A stretch of 64,000 nucleotides of DNA from a bacterium (GTDB lineage Bacteria; UBA10199; 2-02-FULL-44-16; JAAZCA01), in contig CAXXGI010000001.1 of NCBI GenBank assembly GCA_963674695.2, positions 128,001 through 192,000 on the forward strand, written 5' to 3'. The notes beneath the pieces were generated by a model. That model worked only from the letters and a program-made list of their open reading frames with translations, was not told the origin of the DNA and ran no database searches. Below are positions 59,843-64,000 of this stretch, one piece after another. Within the stretch, counting starts at the first letter, position 1. The number at the start of each line of letters is the position of its first letter. The translations under genes and the position numbers were made by a program.

Positions 59843-60712
59843 TCAGGCTCTCTTGGATGATGCGGCCGTGATCTCTTTCAGAAACCGAGCGATGAGGGTG
59901 CCGCAGATATGACGGCGATAGTCGGCGGTGGAACGCACGTCGTCGATGGGGGTGACTTCATCGGCGAGGCTGCGCCTGGCCTTTCCGATGAGCGCGGTGG
60001 TGATCGCCTTTCCGCGAAGGAGCGCCTCGGTGCCCGGCGCACGAACGGTGATCGGCGCCACGCTCCCCACCGCAATCGCGATCCGCTCGACGCCGCCGTG
60101 AGAGATGCGCGCGTTCACGGCCAAGACCACCTTGGAGATCGCCTGCGCGCGCCGCGTACCGACCTTGAAGAAACGCTGCAACTCCTCTTTCCGGCGTTTG
60201 CGAATGCGCACCGCGGTCAGGAGCTCGCCGGGCCTCAGCGCCGTCCGTCGATATCCGGTGAAGAAGTTTTCCGCCAAAATCCAGCGCTCACCCTTGATGT
60301 CCTGCACCTTGAAATCTGCTTCGAGCGCCATGAACACCGGCGGTGCATCCCCCGCGGGAGAAGCGTTCATGACGTTGCCCCCGATCGTGCCGCGATTCTG
60401 AATTTGAACCGCACCGATGGAGCGGCAGGCTTCGGCCAAAATCGGCGCATGCGTGCGAATGATATCGCTCGTCGCAATCTGCGCATGCGTCGCCCCCGCG
60501 CCGATCTCGATCATATCGTCGTCGGCTTCCACAATCACCTTGAGTTCGGCGACATTCGAGATATCGATGAAGCCCGAAGGCGTGATGGCACCCGTGCGCC
60601 ACTGCACGATCAGATCGGTGCCGCCGGCCAGAACAGCCATCGTGCGCCCATGCATCCCGCAGAGAGCAATCGCCTCCGGGAGTGTCGTCGCTTTGTGATA
60701 CGCCACACTCAT
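59843..60712 (-). CDS. Xanthine dehydrogenase family FAD-binding subunit
   Basis: LAGGTDL, IGAGAT, IGAVQIQNRGTIGGN..NASPAGD, PIDDVRSTADYR. Confidence 0.93.
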   Translation of the reverse strand: MSVAYHKATTLPEAIALCGMHGRTMAVLAGGTDLIVQWRTGAITPSGFIDISNVAELKVIVEADDDMIEIGAGATHAQIATSDIIRTHAPILAEACRSIGAVQIQNRGTIGGNVMNASPAGDAPPVFMALEADFKVQDIKGERWILAENFFTGYRRTALRPGELLTAVRIRKRRKEELQRFFKVGTRRAQAISKVVLAVNARISHGGVERIAIAVGSVAPITVRAPGTEALLRGKAITTALIGKARRSLADEVTPIDDVRSTADYRRHICGTLIARFLKEITAASSKRA

Positions 60713-61221
60713 CGCGCCCCCTCGCGCATGCGCTTCGCTGCTCCCTCGACCGCGTCGATGATCTTCACATACCCCGTGCAGCGACAGAGGTTGCCCGCGA
60801 GTGCCACCGCAATCTCCTCGCGCGTCGGATTTGGGTTGCGACAGAGCAGCGCGTACGCCGCCATGAGCATGCCCGGCGTGCACATGCCGCACTGGGTCCC
60901 GCCCAGGTCGATGAAGGCGCGTTGCAACGGATGCAAATCATCGTTTGAGCCTGAGAACCCGGGAACCTGGGAACCCGACAGGCCTTCCACGGTGAGCAGT
61001 CGGTCGCCGTCGGCGAGCTGACCGAAGAGGAGGAGACAGGAATCGACGACCTCGTCGTTGAGGATGATGGAACACGCGCCGCACTCCCCCTCGCCGCACC
61101 CCTCCTTCGTCCCGGTGAGCTTAAGATCCGAGCGCAGCAGATCGAGCAGCCGCCGCGTCGGTTCCGCAACGACCTCTTGCTCGCTTCCGTTGATGATAAG
61201 TTTTCGCGTCACCACCGCCAT
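60709..61221 (-). CDS. (2Fe-2S)-binding subunit
   Basis: GTKEGCGEGECGAC, QCGMCTPG, GNLCRCTGY. Confidence 0.93.
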   Translation of the reverse strand: MAVVTRKLIINGSEQEVVAEPTRRLLDLLRSDLKLTGTKEGCGEGECGACSIILNDEVVDSCLLLFGQLADGDRLLTVEGLSGSQVPGFSGSNDDLHPLQRAFIDLGGTQCGMCTPGMLMAAYALLCRNPNPTREEIAVALAGNLCRCTGYVKIIDAVEGAAKRMREGAR

Positions 61222-61251
61222 CACCACTCCTCCGTCTTTCACGATTTGAAT

Positions 61252-61378
61252 CCCCCTCCTTTGTAAGGAGGGGCTAGGGGAGGTAGACCCGGCTTTCCAG
61301 ATCTACCTCCCCCGCGCGTTTGCGTGCGATCCTTCGGATCACCCGCAATTCGCGCCTCCCCTCCTTACAAAGGAGGGG
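61252..61378. repeat. Palindromic miniature element
   Basis: Terminal CCCCTCCTTTGTAAGGAGGGG / CCCCTCCTTACAAAGGAGGGG with an inner GGGGAGGTAGA...TCTACCTCCCC stem. Confidence 0.75.
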
Positions 61379-61384
61379 CGCCAT

Positions 61385-63688
61385 TCATCCTTCATGACGT
61401 TCATACCCCTTCGCCCCGTGCTGCCGCTTCCAACATTCATAGAGGTGTTCCGGCGTTGCGGGGATGTCACGAATGTCCAACCCCGTCGCCTGGCGGATGG
61501 CGTTGACGATCGCCGGCGCACCGCCGTCCATGGGCAGCTCGCCCAGCCCCTTGGCGCCCGTCGGCCCGTGGGTGAAGGGTTTCTCGACGATCACCGTCTC
61601 CATCGCGGGCGCGTCCATCGTCGTCGGGATGATGTAGGTCTGCAGCCGATCGGTTTGGAAACGGCCCCCATCGAGTTTGTGCTCTTCGCAGAGGGCATAG
61701 CCCATCGCCTGCAGCGAGCCCCCCTCGATCTGCCCCTCGGCCATGATCGGATTGACCGCACGCCCGATGTCGGCCACGAGCCACATCTTTTTGACGCGCA
61801 CCTCGAAGGTCTCGGGGTCCACCTCGACCTCAGCGACGTCACAGGCCCAGGCGTAGGTCGGATAGGCATCCCCCGTATAGGTCTCTTCATTCCATTCGAT
61901 GTGCTCCGGCAGTTCGAAGTGATCGGTGACGGTGAGTTCTCCGCGTTCTTTGCGATAGGCGCGCACCAGATCCGCGATCGGCATGACCGGCTCTGTGCCA
62001 TCCATGAGCTGATTTCCCTGAAAGTGGAGAGCAGCCCCATCGCGCTCGGCCGTCTCGGCGACGAAGGCGAAGAGTTGTGCCTGGAGCGCCTCCGCGCACT
62101 TCTTGAGGATCTGATCCATGACCATCGTCGTGCGCGAGGCGACCGTGGGACCGGTGTCGGGCACGAGCGAGGTGTCGGGCGTCTCGATCGACACGCAGGA
62201 GAGATCGCAGCCAAGGTGATCGGCCGCCATCTGCGGGATCACCGTGTGCGAGCCCTGCCCCATCTCGGTACAGGCGGTGAGCACCGCGATGCGCCCATCG
62301 GCATCCAGGCGCAGACCCGCCTCCCCCTTCATGCGCGCCTCACCGGAACCGGTGAATCCCGCACCGTGGAAGAAGAACGCGAGCCCGATGCCGCGACGCA
62401 CGCCGCCGTCAGCCTCGGCCCCTGCAGCGAACTCGTTCCACTTTTTCTCAAAGTGCGCATGTGCTTCGGCCGCGGCCAGGACCTCGAGGCCCGCCGTGCT
62501 CTCGTCGAGCACCTGGCCGGTCGCGGTCGTGTCGTTCGGCTGAAGACAGTTCCGCTTCCGAAACGCGAGCGGATCGAGGCAACAGGCCGCGGCCACGCGA
62601 TCGATGTGGACCTCGAGCGGAAAGAAGGCCTGCGGCGCGCCGAAACCGCGGAACGCCCCGTTGGGCGGGGTGTTGGTCGCATAGGCGATGCCGTGCGCGT
62701 GCACGTTCGCGCACCGATACGGACCCGGCGCGTGGATGAGACCGCGCGAGAGGACCACGGGGGTGAGCGTCACATAGGCGCCGGCATCGAGCTCGAACCG
62801 AATCTCCATGGCGGTGATCGTGCCATCGCGCTTAACCCCCGTGCGCAGATGCACGCGCCCCGGATGACGCTTGGTGGTGACCGCCGTATCCTCGTCGCGA
62901 TCGTAGACGATCTTGACCGGGCGACCGGCCTTGCGCGCGAGCACCACGCAATAGCCGGCCACGACCGAGGCATAGTCCTCTTTGCCGCCGAAGGCACCGC
63001 CGACAACCGCCTGACGGATGGCAAAGGCCTCTTCGGGTTGGCCCATGAGGACATGCATCGCCTTGGAGATATAATAGGGGCACTGCATCGAACCGATGAT
63101 ATCGAAGGTGCCACCATCGCGCGGCGCGGCGATCATGCCCTGCGGCTCGATGTACATGTGTTCCTGATGGCCGACGCTATAGGTCCCTTCGACCACCTCA
63201 TCGGCCTCTTCGAACCCGGCCGCGAGATCCCCCTTCGCGATCGTATACTCGGCGATGACGTTGTCTGTTCCATGCAGGAGGACGCGCGCGGCCTTCGCGT
63301 CATCGAGGGTGAAAACCGGTTCGAGTTCCTCGACATCCACCATGACGTGCCGGCGCGCTTCGAGCGCCAACTCGCGCGTCGGCGCGGCAATCAGCAGGAC
63401 CGCCTCGCCGATGTGCCGAAACCGATCGGTGACGATGAGCGGCACGTCCTCTTCGATCATCGCCACACAGTTTTTCCCGGGGATGTCGGAGGCATCCGCC
63501 GTGATCACCTCGCTCCAGTCGAAGGCGGGGTCGCGCTTCACGCTCACGAGCCGCCCGTGCGCGACGGGCGTGCGCACGACCACCCCGTGCCACATGCTGG
63601 GGAGATCGATATCATCGACATACTGCGCCGCACCGGTGACCTTGAGGTCGCCATCGAGGCGGGAGACATTTGTTCCGACGGTGGGCAT
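61385..63688 (-). CDS. Xanthine dehydrogenase family molybdopterin-binding subunit
   Basis: KVTGAAQYVDD, QEHMYIEP, VGGAFGGKED, GAFRGFGAPQ, EMGQG, TVASRT, GAKGLGE. Confidence 0.94.
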   Translation of the reverse strand: MPTVGTNVSRLDGDLKVTGAAQYVDDIDLPSMWHGVVVRTPVAHGRLVSVKRDPAFDWSEVITADASDIPGKNCVAMIEEDVPLIVTDRFRHIGEAVLLIAAPTRELALEARRHVMVDVEELEPVFTLDDAKAARVLLHGTDNVIAEYTIAKGDLAAGFEEADEVVEGTYSVGHQEHMYIEPQGMIAAPRDGGTFDIIGSMQCPYYISKAMHVLMGQPEEAFAIRQAVVGGAFGGKEDYASVVAGYCVVLARKAGRPVKIVYDRDEDTAVTTKRHPGRVHLRTGVKRDGTITAMEIRFELDAGAYVTLTPVVLSRGLIHAPGPYRCANVHAHGIAYATNTPPNGAFRGFGAPQAFFPLEVHIDRVAAACCLDPLAFRKRNCLQPNDTTATGQVLDESTAGLEVLAAAEAHAHFEKKWNEFAAGAEADGGVRRGIGLAFFFHGAGFTGSGEARMKGEAGLRLDADGRIAVLTACTEMGQGSHTVIPQMAADHLGCDLSCVSIETPDTSLVPDTGPTVASRTTMVMDQILKKCAEALQAQLFAFVAETAERDGAALHFQGNQLMDGTEPVMPIADLVRAYRKERGELTVTDHFELPEHIEWNEETYTGDAYPTYAWACDVAEVEVDPETFEVRVKKMWLVADIGRAVNPIMAEGQIEGGSLQAMGYALCEEHKLDGGRFQTDRLQTYIIPTTMDAPAMETVIVEKPFTHGPTGAKGLGELPMDGGAPAIVNAIRQATGLDIRDIPATPEHLYECWKRQHGAKGYERHEG

Positions 63689-63765
63689 GAAGGATATGTA
63701 GCGGGCTGATCGTGTGAACGCAAGGGGGTTTGCATTTCGTGGCACTCCCCCCTAGCATGCGCCGC

Positions 63766-64000
63766 ATGCAAACAGAGGTCACGATCATCGGAGGAGGTGC
63801 GGCAGGGCTCATGTGCGCGCTGACCGCCGCGCGGCGCGGGCGGCGGGTGGTGATCTGCGAACACAATGCGCGGGCGGGGAAAAAACTCCTCGTCTCCGGC
63901 GGCGGGCGATGCAACTTCTCCAACCGCCAGGTCGATGCCTCGCATTACTTCAGCTCGAACCCCCACTTTGTGAAATCGGCGCTCGCGCGCTTTACCCCAA
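63766..64000 (+). CDS. HI0933/YhiN-family NAD(P)/FAD-dependent oxidoreductase, 3'-truncated
   Basis: Hand translation MQTEVTIIGGGAAGLMCA...GKKLLVSGGGRCNFSN. Confidence 0.88.
   Translation, partial: MQTEVTIIGGGAAGLMCALTAARRGRRVVICEHNARAGKKLLVSGGGRCNFSNRQVDASHYFSSNPHFVKSALARFTP

Noticed and set aside
12754-63709. Long antisense or alternative-frame ORFs (e.g. 12754..14163, 17493..18935, 22039..23553, 40395..42233, 61394..63709)
   Set aside because: They overlap well-supported genes and are typical of high-GC codon bias; no motifs
1-64000. CRISPR array
   Set aside because: Repeats are short tandem units or dispersed palindromes, with no repeat-spacer periodicity and no cas genes

Overview
GC-rich bacterial chromosome segment whose gene content (FHA/PEGA/TPR proteins, an isolated injectisome-type SctV, TSP3 lipoproteins, a fibre-like protein) suggests a deltaproteobacterial-like lineage related to Myxococcota/Bdellovibrionota. 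The taxonomy is inference. In order: oadA/oadB Na+-pumping decarboxylase and bioY; orphan ORFs; an FHA/TPR cluster next to sctV; secA, M23 peptidase, PP2C phosphatase, pmbA, recN, a GT-C-like membrane protein, rarA, a lipoprotein, menA, uppP, tRNA-Asp and tRNA-Val; a surface-protein operon with a sigma54-type promoter (PEGA, lipoproteins, TSP3 protein, OmpA, tail-fibre-like protein); and a dispersed purine/molybdo-hydroxylase gene set (two Mo subunits, two 2Fe-2S subunits, an FAD subunit, guaD, xdhC, mocA-like). That set is interrupted by mutY-NUDIX, yacG and a tightly coupled operon of GT2, three GT-C-like proteins, radical SAM, AsnB and a type IV pilin. The pilin operon is the best candidate for an undescribed system (pilin or surface-protein glycosylation). 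Several families of REP-like and short tandem repeats occur, some inside coding frames. No CRISPR array, rRNA, integrase or transposase was seen. All calls come from reading motifs by eye; no searches were run.
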